Assembly (NCBI GenBank): GCA_963575745.1
Contig: CAUYUJ010000321.1
Coordinates: forward strand, 1 to 64,000
DNA: 64,000 nt
Reading direction: 5' to 3'
Source: Prorocentrum cordatum
Taxonomy: Eukaryota
The notes beneath the pieces are model-generated. The model worked only from the letters and a program-made list of their open reading frames with translations. It searched no databases and was not told the DNA's origin. The position numbers and the translations under genes are program-made. Numbering within the stretch: the first letter of the stretch is position 1; each line of letters opens with the position of its first letter. Of this stretch, positions 25,702-37,842 are shown in pieces.

Positions 25702-28700
25702 TTTTTTTGACACGGCCATGACTGACACAACGTTGGTGCCAGTAAAAGAACCTCTGGCGGTGACTGAGCGGGACGGGCCGCACGGACACGGAAGGCGCCA
25801 GAGGTCAGTCGGAGTCACCAGACTCCACGGCGCTTACACGAGCAGCTTGCAAGGGAGCCTCGTCCTCCTCTTGGTGAATAGGCGTGCACTCACGCCTCGA
25901 CTGCTCTCGCTCGGACGCCACACCCTCTTCGTGGGGAATGGCGCCCTGCTCTGCAGGTGGCCCTTCTTGTGGGGCAAAAAGAGAAAGACCTTCGAGATGG
26001 CCCGCAGCTCTGATGGTACCAGACGACGACGACAGGTCGACGACATGATCTCTCTGATTGGCACACTCAAGAAGGGGCTCCACAACTGGAGCCTGCTCGG
26101 CAAAATGCCTTGTACGATGGACCTCTTGGTCCCCAGCAGCAGCGACGATGGCCGACGACGAAGACGACTGGTCGACGACAGTATCGTGCTGCTGGGGATC
26201 CTCGCCCACCGCCTGCAGGTCCTCTGGAGACGCCTCAATCACGACTCCGTCGATCTTGGGATGGCGTCCATTGAGCACTCGATACTTCCAACGCTCGAGA
26301 TTGTTCCTCGTTGGGGCCCTGCAAACCTTAGCTAGCAGCGCTAGGGGTCCCAACGTAGATATAGCGTTGCACCTAACACAAATGAACAGCTGAGATCGAT
26401 CGCTGCGATCGAAACTCAAAAACATGTGGCCTCTGGCGGCCACCTGTAAGAACGGCTCAGGCACCTTCCCCGTGCAACCTCCAGTTGACGGCGCATCGCT
26501 TTCACCGAAAACGAAGACAGGGCTGGGCCGACGTATCCTGAGGCATACAGCACACCTCCAGTATGACCTATGCCATTCCCATTCGTGCTCAAAAGTCTCG
26601 GGGCCCGCGGGCTTCTGGCGGGGCTCTCTGGGGTTCAAGTGGACTCCTGTGAGATCCAGGGCGGGCCACTTCGGCAGCAAACGGGCCGCCAGCCTACAAA
26701 CCGCACGAGAAACCTTGACTTTCCTGTCAACTTCATCAAGCTCAGCCTTGGAGCCTGTGGGGTGGGCGAGCAGTCCTTGACGTGCGGCACGATCCGCGTC
26801 ATCCCCGAATTTCTCCCAGCGTTGCTGGGCAGTTAAATCAGGACTGTCGGCCACATGCGCTTTTACTTTCCTAAGGGCAGACAGGCCGCACGATTGGGCA
26901 AATAACATGGTGCCCGAATACATTTTCTTATATGAGAACCTGGCCTCCGGAGGAAACGCGAAGGTGCTGACCACATTCGCGCAATCCGAAAAACCTTCCG
27001 AGGGGCCTCCTAGGTTCTGTGGGACCATGGCGAGGGCCGCAAACTCTCCAGCTTGGGGGGTCTGGGGGAGCGGAGCCCAAATAGGCCCACACACCGAGCA
27101 GGTCTCCTGAGCGTCCTGGGTGACCTGTACATAGCCCCAAGTGGCCCTACTCAGCTCCTTGATAGGGTGTCTGGTACAGGACCCGTCCATGAAGATATAT
27201 CCCTTAACCTGGCCAGGATCTACGACGTCTTCTGTTCCTTCGGGCGCGTGAGTGATAATACCTCCTTGCTGTCGTGGGCGTGGTAGCACATCTCCAGGGT
27301 GTTCAAACAGCCCCTTAGAGAAAAGCAGTGTTTCCTTAGCGTCCGATCGATCGATACTTCTAGCCTGGGTGATCAAACCGCCATCGTCGACCAAAACCCT
27401 CCTATCATCGTCGACCGCACTGCACTCCCACAGACGGTGGAAGACCGTGTCACGCGCTCCGCAGCCTAAAGGACACTGAGCAAATGGCAGAGCGCACCCC
27501 AAGTCGAGCGCACGCTCGTTGGTCCACACCGCTCCGCACACCAGCGACTTGATACAACCCTTCTCGTAGTATGTATACCGTGACGAACGAAGCTGTGACG
27601 ACACCACATCATAACACACTCGACAAGGTACATTGTGAACTTTACCTGCCTCCCTTTCGAGCTGTCTCAAAACTCCATCGTGCAACATCTGTTTTATGAG
27701 CGCTGGGGAACATGACGTTAAAATGATGTCTTCTCCGAAATCGTTGACCATGACGCAGAAACTCTTCATGTCCCATTGGACCCTGAGGAGGCTGAGGCGG
27801 AGCGCTGAGAGGGGACCCGTGACCTTCTTCCAGACGAGTTCTTCTTTGGGGACCCCGTAAGCCGACTCCCAAGCTTCCCTCAAAACTCCGAACGACAAGG
27901 TGTTAGGCGAGGATCTAACTTGGTTCGAGAAGACCTCCTTAGCGTAGCGCACCACTGGTGCCACTGATCCATACCACGATGGATCCCCGTGCAACAACAA
28001 CAGAGAGGTGAGGGACCTCATGCCTGCAGACGGCCGTAAGATAGAGCCCACAGCACGCCGAGCAGCCGCCAACTCGTGATCAGACTGGCCGTGCACTTCA
28101 GCTCCATAAGACAGGCCTGCTAGAGGTCCACTCGTGAAAATACTTGGGCAGTGCTTGCCCAGCACCTGGTTGACTCTCTTGAAACGTTTCGTTCTCTTCT
28201 TGAAAACAGCTGCTCTCTTCTGCTGCTTCTGTCCTCGTCCCTTTCTCCTCCTGCTCTTCCCTGCCGTATCATCGATTCCCAAAATCACTGCAGACTCCAC
28301 GTACGAGGCTCCACCGTACTCTCCTAGAGCTTGCCTGATGGCTTCTCCAGTCTTGTGTGATGAACATATGACCGACGCTTTGTCCTGGGCAACTTGTACG
28401 CACATCTCCTCAGTGAGTCCACAGAAGCTCTCGCCGCGGCTGCTCGACGCGTGGGCTCGCTGCGACTGCCGAGACAGAAAAGGCGGGGAGCCCGCCAGGG
28501 TGTGCCCCGGGCGGTCCAGAGGCTTCCGTCGAGCGGGTTACGGATACAGTCGGGGCGTTGACCTCCTCCTCCTCCTCCTCCTCCTCCTCCTCCTCACCTC
28601 CTCCTCCTCCTCCTCCTCCTCCTCCTCCTCCTCCTCCCATCGCAGTAAGCTGACGCAAGTCCGTCCCCCCGAGCTCGAACGGCCACAGTAGTCAGTCTCC

Positions 28701-28960
28701 ACTCGCCTTCTCCCCTCGCCTGCCTCACAGAGACGTCCCCCACTACAGTCGAGGCGTTGACCTGAGGAACACAAAATAAGGAACGAGGCCCCTGTTCTCC
28801 AAAAATTAAACTTCGACTTACGATCGAAAACCTGAGGAAAACCCGGGGCAAGCTACGAAACACTTAAGGAACGCGGAGCCCCTCCCCAACGAAAAGGATT
28901 CCTTCTTCAAGACCCCGACTGTACTGCTGTTGCTCCTCTGGAGTCGGAGCCGAGCCGCGA
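25702..28960 (-). mobile_element. Non-LTR retrotransposon with RNase H (LINE C), lacking endonuclease and RT catalytic core
   Basis: 866-aa ORF followed by a short A-run at 25702-25708 (minus strand). The 5' boundary is approximate. Confidence 0.75.
25805..28405 (-). CDS. LINE ORF2 C-terminal half: RT thumb, zf-RVT-like knuckle, RNase H, C-terminal Cys/His clusters
   Basis: SAVILGID; CPLGCGARDTVFHRLWEC; RNase H motifs IFMDGS, QTPQAGEF, FSDC, KVKAH, DADRAA; WRCAVC; FICVRC. Confidence 0.85.
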   Translation of the reverse strand: MCVQVAQDKASVICSSHKTGEAIRQALGEYGGASYVESAVILGIDDTAGKSRRRKGRGQKQQKRAAVFKKRTKRFKRVNQVLGKHCPSIFTSGPLAGLSYGAEVHGQSDHELAAARRAVGSILRPSAGMRSLTSLLLLHGDPSWYGSVAPVVRYAKEVFSNQVRSSPNTLSFGVLREAWESAYGVPKEELVWKKVTGPLSALRLSLLRVQWDMKSFCVMVNDFGEDIILTSCSPALIKQMLHDGVLRQLEREAGKVHNVPCRVCYDVVSSQLRSSRYTYYEKGCIKSLVCGAVWTNERALDLGCALPFAQCPLGCGARDTVFHRLWECSAVDDDRRVLVDDGGLITQARSIDRSDAKETLLFSKGLFEHPGDVLPRPRQQGGIITHAPEGTEDVVDPGQVKGYIFMDGSCTRHPIKELSRATWGYVQVTQDAQETCSVCGPIWAPLPQTPQAGEFAALAMVPQNLGGPSEGFSDCANVVSTFAFPPEARFSYKKMYSGTMLFAQSCGLSALRKVKAHVADSPDLTAQQRWEKFGDDADRAARQGLLAHPTGSKAELDEVDRKVKVSRAVCRLAARLLPKWPALDLTGVHLNPREPRQKPAGPETFEHEWEWHRSYWRCAVCLRIRRPSPVFVFGESDAPSTGGCTGKVPEPFLQVAARGHMFLSFDRSDRSQLFICVRCNAISTLGPLALLAKVCRAPTRNNLERWKYRVLNGRHPKIDGVVIEASPEDLQAVGEDPQQHDTVVDQSSSSSAIVAAAGDQEVHRTRHFAEQAPVVEPLLECANQRDHVVDLSSSSGTIRAAGHLEGLSLFAPQEGPPAEQGAIPHEEGVASEREQSRRECTPIHQEEDEAPLQAARVSAVESGDSD

Positions 28961-29817
28961 AGCGCGAACAACTTCGCGCTCTGGAGGGCGCCCTTGCTCC
29001 CTGACGGGCGCTTCCCTCAGCGAAAAGAAATTATTGCAGTGGGCCGCGAAGAGGGAACTTGGAGGGAGGGTTTATTGCAATATAGTTGATGAGTCTTGGG
29101 TGTACACTGGTCCTCCTCCTCTCCTCCTCCTCCTCCTCCTCCTCCTCCTCCTCCTCCTCCTCCTCCTCCTCCTCCTCCTCCTCCTCCTCCTCCTCCTCCT
29201 CCTCCTCCTCCTCCTCCTCCTCCTCCTCCTCCTCTAGGGTCGGGGTTTGGGACATGCTTGGTCCTCTGGCAGACCTCCAGACGCTGTGGGGGCCTCCTTG
29301 GGCTCCCGACGACGAATGGCGCGCGGCCAGCGGATGGAACGCCCTCGCCCCGCCGCCTGTGTGGGACAGGCGACGCGCAGGGCGTCGGGCCGTATGTCGA
29401 GGCACGGCCCAGGGGCTCCGTGCAGGGAGCCCGCGGAGCCTCCGTGGAGGGCTCTGAAGGGCTGCAGGCCCCACTCGACCGACGATCAAGAACGAGTATT
29501 ACGGAAGGGGCCCCAGGACACACAAATAAGTGCACACAAAGAGAAGGATTCCCCATGTGTTCCCACATCTTCTGGGTGTTTGCCTCCCCCCCACTTCCCA
29601 TATTCTCCCATCTTCTCCTGGGAGTCGACGATTCATTGTGTCTGTGTGCTTCTTTCCCTCCTGAATTACGCGAGATGGCACAGCGACCTCTCGCGGCGGC
29701 CTGCGCGGGCCGACAGCGCGGCGAGCTGCGGGGGAGACGAGGGCCCTGACGCGCGACCTTGCGCGGGCAGCCTGCGCGCCAGTGTCGGCGCAGACGCTCC
29801 CGTTGTGCTCGCGCCGC

Positions 29818-29933
29818 AGGATTGGAAAAAAAAACAGGATTGCAAAACAAAAAACCTAGGATTGCAAAAAAAAACCCAGGGTTTTTTGCAATCCTGGGTT
29901 TGTTTGCAATCCTTCGGTTTTTGTTGCAATCCT
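29818..29933. repeat. Inverted arrays of GGATTGCAAAA / TTTGCAATCC
   Basis: Three forward then three reverse units. A forward-only array lies at 58209-58295. Confidence 0.85.
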
Positions 29934-31047
29934 TAGTCCTTGTGGGAGAGCGGGGCGCAGAGAGAGCCTCTGCTGGGCAGCACGCGGTTCGGTTGCTGCT
30001 CGCTGCTGGCGCCTGCCCGGGCGGACAGCTCCTGCCCCCCCCTCGGACAGACAGAAGCAGCCAGCATCGGGGGGGGGGTCGTCTTCCTGGCGCCTCCGGG
30101 CGCCAGGAGGCGCCTCTGCTTCGAGACGCGGGCCTGGCGGCGGGGCCGAAACCAGCCGCATGCAGTGTATTTCGTGCCCCCCCCTTCCCTGTCCTAGCCC
30201 GGCCCGACAAAAAAAACAAGATCTGAGTGCGAGGTTCTCCTTGAGGCCCGCCGTGACTCCTGCACTACGGGCTCTGTACGTAACGGCCAGCGCCAACCCT
30301 TAGGGGAGAAGCCCTTGGTGCCCCTCCCCCATAGAAAGGAGGCGAGCGGTATCAGTCACGCCACGACAAGTTCTAGACAGTGGATGCGGACGATATGTGA
30401 ATGTATGCCCGCGGGCGCATTGCGTCACGACGTCAGAATCAAAAATGCCCCAGGCCTCCACTTGGGTCCTCGGGGCCATCGGGGATTCAAGAAGTTACTT
30501 CGGGCACCCGCTAGCTGGCCGTACTCTTACTTGATGTGCGTGCATGAGAAAAGGGACGGAAATCAAGAAGACCTCGATTCGGGAACATGGGTCAACCCAA
30601 ACCTGGGTTAATCGGGCCTTGTCAGATCCTGCAACATCCTGCACCCAAGCCCAGGTCAGTGCTCCCCTGGCTCTGCAGGGTCCTGCAAAATCCGGCGCTC
30701 TGACTGACCCTCGTTTGCACTGGCCCCCGTCTCTTGAGCCCCGATCGATCTCTGATCGGACTCGGGCGACGGTCCTCCCCACAACTTAGGCGGCCGGCCA
30801 CCCTGGGAAGGCGCCCCCACCGACCAGGGTGCCCGTGCAGCGCAGGGGCGCGTAGTCGGCCGACTCCTTGACAAAAGCCCTCGCGGGAATACCTCGGCAA
30901 CAAGAACCGCAGCACAAAACAAACTCAGCACCACCACCACCACCACAAGACCACGCATCTCAGCTATTGATGGCATCACTTGCACACCACGGTCGATACA
31001 ATCTGAGGCGGGAACGCCAATGTGGATGTGGGCACGTCGATGGTCAC

Positions 31048-31388
31048 AATAGTATTGCTCACACCGAAAAGTACTCCGACGGTGGGACCATGAGAATACA
31101 TTGAGCATGGACCGACCGTCCCAGCATTCGTGTAGTCATACCCCGAAATGTTCTTGGAACCCAAAAATGTTCTAAGAACAAAAACAATATTCTTAGAACA
31201 AGAACCCGGTGTGATAAAACAAGACAGTCCCAGCCAGAAATGTTCTAAGAACATTTCGTGGAAACCACAAAAGGTTCTTAGAACATTGTTTGGTAGGGCT
31301 ATAGGCGAGCCAGGACGCTTCGCCACTGCTTGAAATAGTATTGCTCACACCGAAAAATACTCCGACGGTGGGACCATGAGGATACATT
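31048..31388. mobile_element. TTGA-bounded MITE (31101-31333) with TGTTCTWAGAACA palindromes, between 55-bp direct repeats
   Basis: Direct repeats at 31048-31102 and 31334-31388 (2 mismatches). Homologue at 20093-20270. Confidence 0.8.
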
Positions 31389-32199
31389 TACCTTGCCCCT
31401 CGATCTTGCCTCTTCGCCCGGCCGGAGGCCCTCCTCCAGCCCTCTGCTGCGCCTCCGCCTCCACCTCCTCCTCGTCCTCACCCTCCGTCGCCTCCTCCTT
31501 CTCGTCCTGTTCGAGATGTTTCGTTTCATCCTGCCCTACTCCTCCACCTCCTCCTCCTCCTCGTCCTTTTTCCTCTGCTCCTCAACCACTGCCTCCTCCT
31601 CCTCCTCCTCCTCCTCCTCCTCCTCCTTCTCCCTCTCCTCATCTCCATCCCGCATTTCTCCTCATGCACGCATTTCGATGTTCCTCGGCGCCCTCGCCGC
31701 CACGGCTGGCAGCAGCGCGCTCGCCGCAGGCTAGACCAAGAAGCCGTTGGGAGAACCCCGCGGGCCAGGCCGTTGAGACAACCCAAAGGGCCGTTGGGTC
31801 GCGGGAGCAAGCCGTCGGGACAACCCCGCGGGCCTCGAGCTGGGCGCAGCCGCGCTCACGCGGGAGACAGCCCGAAGCAGAACTCTGCCGCGAGCTGCTC
31901 CGCCTCAGCCCGGCCCGCCGGAGACTGCCTCGCGACTCGGATTCGAACATGGAGGTGGGACCCCATGTGGAGGGGCTCCCGTTCGAAACTTCCTGGCGAT
32001 TCGCTCGCAGGCGAGGCTCCAGATCGAGACTCTCTCCATAATCAAAGGGCCCAGGGACACACAAATAAATAGACACAAGTCCCATGATTCCATATAGTTT
32101 CCACTATTTTCTGGTCCCTCGTCTCCACCCCACTCCCCATAGTTTACCATATGTTCGTCGGGATCGGCGAGTGGTGTCTATCTCTATTGTCCCCTCCTG

Positions 32200-32900
32200 C
32201 CATACTCAGGTCCCGAAAATCCAAACGCAACGACACTTACGAGTTTGAACATGGCCGCCTCGGATTGACAACATGAAGTGCAGGTCCCATGAAAAGGGGG
32301 TCCCGCATGAAACCTCCTAGTAATCCACTCGCAAACAAGGCTCCCGCTTGAGACTTCCTCCAAATTCAAGCCTGGGGAGCCCAAAAGCGACGACAGTTTC
32401 TGGTTTGGGGATAACCTGCTGGGATTGAAAACGTGAACTGCGGGTCCCATAGGGAGGGGCTCCTGCCTGAGACATCCTCGCAATTCACTCACACACGAGG
32501 CTCCCGCTTGAGACGTCCTCAATGTTCTGGCCTGGGAAACCCAGAAGCTACGACAATTACGAGTTTGAGGATGACTCGCTGGGATTAAAAACGTGAACTG
32601 CGGGCTCCATTGGCAGGGGACTCCCCCCTGAGACCTCCTCACAATTCACTCACGCAGGAGCCTCCCGCTTGAGACTCCAGATTCAAGCCCGAAGAGCCCA
32701 AACGTGGCGACAGTTAAACTTCTGCTGATGGCCACCTGGGATTAGCATGAACTGCGGGCCCCATAGGGAGAGGGCCCCCCGCCTGAAGTTCCTCGTAATC
32801 CACTCACACACGAGGTTCGCGCTGGAAACTTCTTCCATATTCAAGCCTGATGAGCACAAATGTTGACATTTACAGGTTTGAGTAAGACCCGCTGGGATCA
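32200..32900. repeat. ~158-bp degenerate tandem repeat
   Basis: gaactgcggg at ~32435, 32595 and 32750; ctcccgcttgagac recurs. Confidence 0.8.
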
Positions 32901-33019
32901 AAATTACCCTGTCGACGTACCCATGCCCTGCGCAATGCGGGGCACGAGTACCCTGGGACACGTCATGCAGAGGTGATGACGTGACATTGGCGCATACAAT
33001 TCTGCGAGCGGCATTATTG

Positions 33020-33640
33020 AGGCTGGCAGCCCCCCAGGGATGGCGAGGTCCCGCTCAGATCTGCGTGGTGCCTCACTCCGCTGGACCCGCCAACAGCCTT
33101 CGAAAGTGGCGACAGTTCCGCAGTCCGCAGCCCCCCAAGGACGATGAGGTCTCGCTCAGATCTGCGTGGTGCATCACTCCGCTGGACCCACCAGCAGCCC
33201 TCCGAAGTGGCGACAGTTCTGCAGATCGCGGATCCCCCCCCCAAGGGCGGCGAGGTCTCGCTCAGATCCGCGCGGTGCCCCGCTCCGCTGGGCCCGCCAG
33301 CAGCCCTCGAAAGTGGCGACAGTTCTGCAGATCGCGGATCCCCCCCCCAAGGGCGGCGAGGTCTTGCTCAGATTTGCGCGGTGCCTCACTCCACTGGACC
33401 CACCAAGCCCTCGAAAATGGCGACAGCTCCGCAGATCGCAGCCACCCAGGGACGACGAGGTCTCGCTCAGATCTGCGCGGTGCCCCACTCCGCTAGACCC
33501 ACCAGCAGCCCTCTCAAATGGCGACAGTTCTGCAGGTCGCAGCCCCCCAGGGACGGCGAGGGTTCGCTCAGATCTGCGCGGTGCCTCACTCCGCTGGGCC
33601 CGCCAGCAGCCTTCGAAAGTGGCGACAGTTCCGCAGTTGC
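33020..33640. repeat. ~103-bp tandem repeat, 6 units
   Basis: gctcagat recurs at ~33053, 33154, 33260, 33366, 33465 and 33566; gaaagtggcgacagttc recurs. Confidence 0.9.
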
Positions 33641-34623
33641 AGCCAGGCAGGAGGAGGACGCGACCGAAGTGCTCTTTGCAAAACGAATACCCAGACGATC
33701 GGGAACCATCGGGAGGGGGTTCCTGTTCGAGACTCCCCTCGAGGTGACAATGTGAGTGCGCAGTGGTGTGCGACAGCAAGAGCAAACGCGTGCGTGCACC
33801 CGACATGAAGATGGTGTGTGCGAGATGATTACGATGATGGTGAGGACAAGAAGGGGTGGGATCTCCTGCGCGGTGTTCAGAAAAAAGCACGAGCCCTGCT
33901 TTGCATGTGGAGAATGATGAACGTGACTTTCCTTGATGGGTGCACATGATCCACATGATGACACAGATGGTGATGGTGATGACGATGATGATGATGCTGC
34001 TGCTGCTGATGATGATGTTGACGATGTTGATGATGAGTGTGATGATGATTATGATGCTGGCGATGCTGGTTATGACTGTGTTGATGACGCTGGTAATGAT
34101 GATTTTGTTCACACAGCATTGGCTCCGATGTCTGAGCGAGATCAGCTTGGCAGCAAAAAGTTCGGCGCGAAACTCATTCATTAAACTCGAAGCGGTGTCC
34201 CTGCTCGCGGCGGTCGTGCGGCCTCCACCCTATGTGACGGCCTCGATTGCCAACGGGCTTGCAAAAGCCCTAGCCTGAGACCCACGACCTCTGAGCGCGA
34301 AGAAGCCGAGGGGGTCAAATCAAGGGGGGGCGGTTACTTCTGAGCTCGATGCCATTGCCGGGCCTGCTCTAAAACTCGCGTGCTCAAAACCACATTGTCA
34401 AAAACACGGCTACCTGGGAAAACGCCCCGAGAAGCCAAATACATAGCTATCATCCTCAGGTCCGACACAGGGGGGGGAGGAGGAGGAGGGTGCTCCTCAG
34501 CGGTAGCCGTCAGTCTTACCGAAGATGATCGTGCGCGGCTGGAAGACGAGATATCCATCAGATTTGAAGTAGCCGCCATTCTGCCGGTGTCGCACTGGTC
34601 GCCGCTGCCACCCCAGCCGGCGT

Positions 34624-35290
34624 TTACTGCAGTAGCTGTTCCACCCATTCCTGTAGTTCCCTCTCCACGTGCGTGGCTGGCGCTCTCCCGTACTTGCGCT
34701 TCGCCCCCGTCGTCCTGAGCGATTCCATCAAGTGGTTGCGAAACTGCGTGCCCCTCACTGCCAGCGCGAGGCGCTTCTTCTCCTTCTCGTACATACGATC
34801 TACCTTGCAAAAGCGAACCAATTCTGACTTCTGCTCGCCGTTGTAGCCGTCGTAGCCCGCGCACATCTTTTGCACCACCTGCTTCAAAGGGCCGCCCAAA
34901 GCCAGAGCCAATACCGCTGCCAGTAGTCCTCCCATCGCGTATATCTGTGGTGGGCCCATGTCGTGGTTTTTTCCCTTTATGCTTTGTTATTTTTCCAGGC
35001 GCAGCCGTCTGCTCCTGAATGCGAAGGGTAATCGGGCCGTCGCCCCTGAGGATAAGAGTGTCGAGAATCACGCTGCTCATGTCCCTGCTCTGCTGTGCGC
35101 ACCGAAGGAGCTGTTTGACGATCAGGCACATCATCAGCATCTTGGTGCGGCGTGGGAGTTGGGTTTTTGCCGCCTCCATGGTCTTCTTGTTTCCTTCGGC
35201 ATCGCCCTCCTGTGTGCGTTGGCGCTGGCTCCGCTGAAATCCCCCATCCATCGGCGCGTCTAGGTTGCTTGTCTGTAGGAGAGCTGGCAT
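34624..35290 (-). pseudogene. Frameshifted ORF of unknown function, probably LINE-associated (ORF1-like)
   Basis: Joined frames give ...LIVKQLLRCAQQSRDMSSVILDT.../GPPQIYAMGGLL...LVRFCKVDRMY...KYGRAPATHVERELQEWVEQLLQ*. Co-oriented and just downstream of LINE B ORF2. Confidence 0.55.
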
Positions 35291-35657
35291 AATCCAAGAT
35301 CGGGTGCGGCGTCGGTAAGCGAGACCACCGATGGCGTTCTCACAAGGCGGCCAGGTCCGAAAAGGCTGCGTCTCATATTGAACATGTTAGATCAGAAACC
35401 ATTTGTAGTGGCCATTTCATACTATTCCTTTCCATTTTGCACCGGCCCTGGGCATAAGCAAAGACTAGATGATTTTGCGCGCACAACTTGCTTTTCAAAA
35501 CCGTGTAACAACTCGGGCACTGGTTCGTGATCACGCTGCTCGGGATCGCGAAGCGAAGTCTATGTCTAGCTGCTTGATGGGTAGTACGCTGCCGATGGCT
35601 GGGGGAAGTATGATCGCAATTCGTCCCAGTTTCGTGACCGATAAGTTCGCATTTGTA

Positions 35658-37803
35658 TTATTTGGGGTTCGCGTCTATCATGTGGCTCGGTTGGTCATAG
35701 AAGCGGGCCCATATGCTGCTTCCTGGGGCGTGGGCTGCTGCTCTTAGGATAGCTGGATCGACTCGTAGAAATTCTCGTTCGGCTTCGGAGTTCGGGGTGA
35801 GGAGGCCCTTCCACGATTCGTTTGATCGGGCCCAGGCCCCCCAGAAGGTCTCGGCGCCACTGATGTCCCTGAAGAGGTTCAAGTCCCGAGCGAACTGATG
35901 GGCCCATGGGTTCGCTTTAGCTTCTAACCTCCCGTGTTCATCTAGCGTCGGGGGCTCGCTCGGGATACGTCCCAAGATAGCGACCAGGAGTTTGTCGGTG
36001 TGCAACACGGTGACGACACATCGACCGCAAACATTTAACTCGTCTGACCGCAAGCTCTGCTCTTACTGGGAGTATCTTCCAATGCTTAAGAACCTCGACG
36101 TTACTCATGGCGGTCATGCGTGAGTCCGCGCGTACCGTCTTAGCTCTGCCTTGCGCAAGGGCACAGGAGTATTTTACCGAATGGGAGCCCAGCTTTTTTT
36201 CTTCGGTTTTCGTCAAAACGAACGCTTCGAGCCCTGAAACTCAAGCCTCCAGCACCTTCCCCAAGAAAATGTCTCGTCTGGGCTCCCAGAGCCCTCTGTC
36301 ATCCCAGAACTTCCCAAGTTGACACCATCCCACTGTCATAGACCGAATACGGATCGAGACCTCTAACTGATTGCTGGCCGTCATCGTGTATCTAGCTCCC
36401 AAGCGTCGCGCATCTGGAACTACCTGTCCCTGGGAAGAGGGGCGTATTTCCTGGAGCTTCCGATTCTCGATATGCGGTCCGAGAGCTGGGACGATGTCCT
36501 CGTTTGATTTACTCTGTGCAAAATGCCAGCGTTTGAATATATAATCGAACTGCTTGTCGCCCGATTGAATCATCCCCATTGCATCCTCGGCCTTGCCTGG
36601 CGGGCATAGTCGCTTCTTCAGTAGATCACCCGCGAGGCCCGAGAGGGATGCGTCCTGGTGAAATCCCTCGATCCCGTCATACATGACTATGGGGTCCTGT
36701 GTAATAGTTCGCCAGTCTGAGATACAATCACGATAAACTCCAGTGAACTGCTTCGGCGCCTCGCTTGAACCTTGTGGGCCTCCGTTGCGCTGTAGAAAAG
36801 CTTCCTCTTTGTCGCCCCCTGGGGTGAGTACTATGCTGTTCACCAATCTCTGATGTGCTAGAGCGCGTAAGTCTTCTCGAACGAGCTGGTGCGAAATACA
36901 AAGAAGACCTCCTGTGCGAGGGCGAAGACATGCGTTGGAAAGGTCGTGTAGCCAATTGGCGTGGTGCTGCTTCTGCCGTCTAAGTGACCACCCAGTGCGT
37001 CTCTGAACCAAGATTGCCCCCTCACGTCGTCGATGTGGTAGAAATCCGTGCCAGTGACTTGGCATAGCGTTTGTCCATGCTTCCCTTTTGTCCCCCCAGC
37101 CGTCGGGCACGCCATGGAAACTCTTCCATATCGCGTCGGAGAGGTGAATGATGCGCTGACTATCCACCCTGTGCTTCTGATTCCGCTTGTCGAGAAGGAC
37201 GCCCTCCGTCATGCTGCTCTTCGTCGGTCGCTGATTGGCCCGCAAGCAGTGCACCAAGACCTCCACGAAGAGTGATCGAGCCTTTGTATACGCCAATGCA
37301 GCTTCCATGACGTTCTGGCGTCCGTCTCTTGCGCGGCCTCACTCATTCTCAGGCTGGGGGGTGCGTTCTGACCGCCAGTTTGGGGCCTCGCCACCTGTTG
37401 ACCCGCTGGGCCTGTTAGCGCGGTGGTCGAAACTGTCCAAGGACTGGCCATGGGGCTGGGCATTCCCGAGACTTCCCCGCCTAAGTCCAGCAAACTTCCT
37501 CGGCGATTGGCGGAAGCCGAAACCTGAGTAGGATACAGAGACTCCTCCCATTGTAGGTCGTCGTGGTCTGCGAGGGGGTCGTCATCCATGTCGAAGAATT
37601 CGAAAGGGCCCGCCTCCGGGTCGCCCAGGTTTGTCCGAGCTCGGCCCTGGGGATCTTGAGAGATATCCATCTGATCTGAAGTAGCCTCCACAAAGCTGGC
37701 GTCAATACTGGGCGCCGCTGCCGCGTTTACTGCAATAGCTGTGTCTTCCACTCCTGTAGCTCTGACAAAGTGCATCGGGGGTAGTCTGACATCTGGTCGG
37801 CGT

Positions 37804-37842
<39 letters not shown>

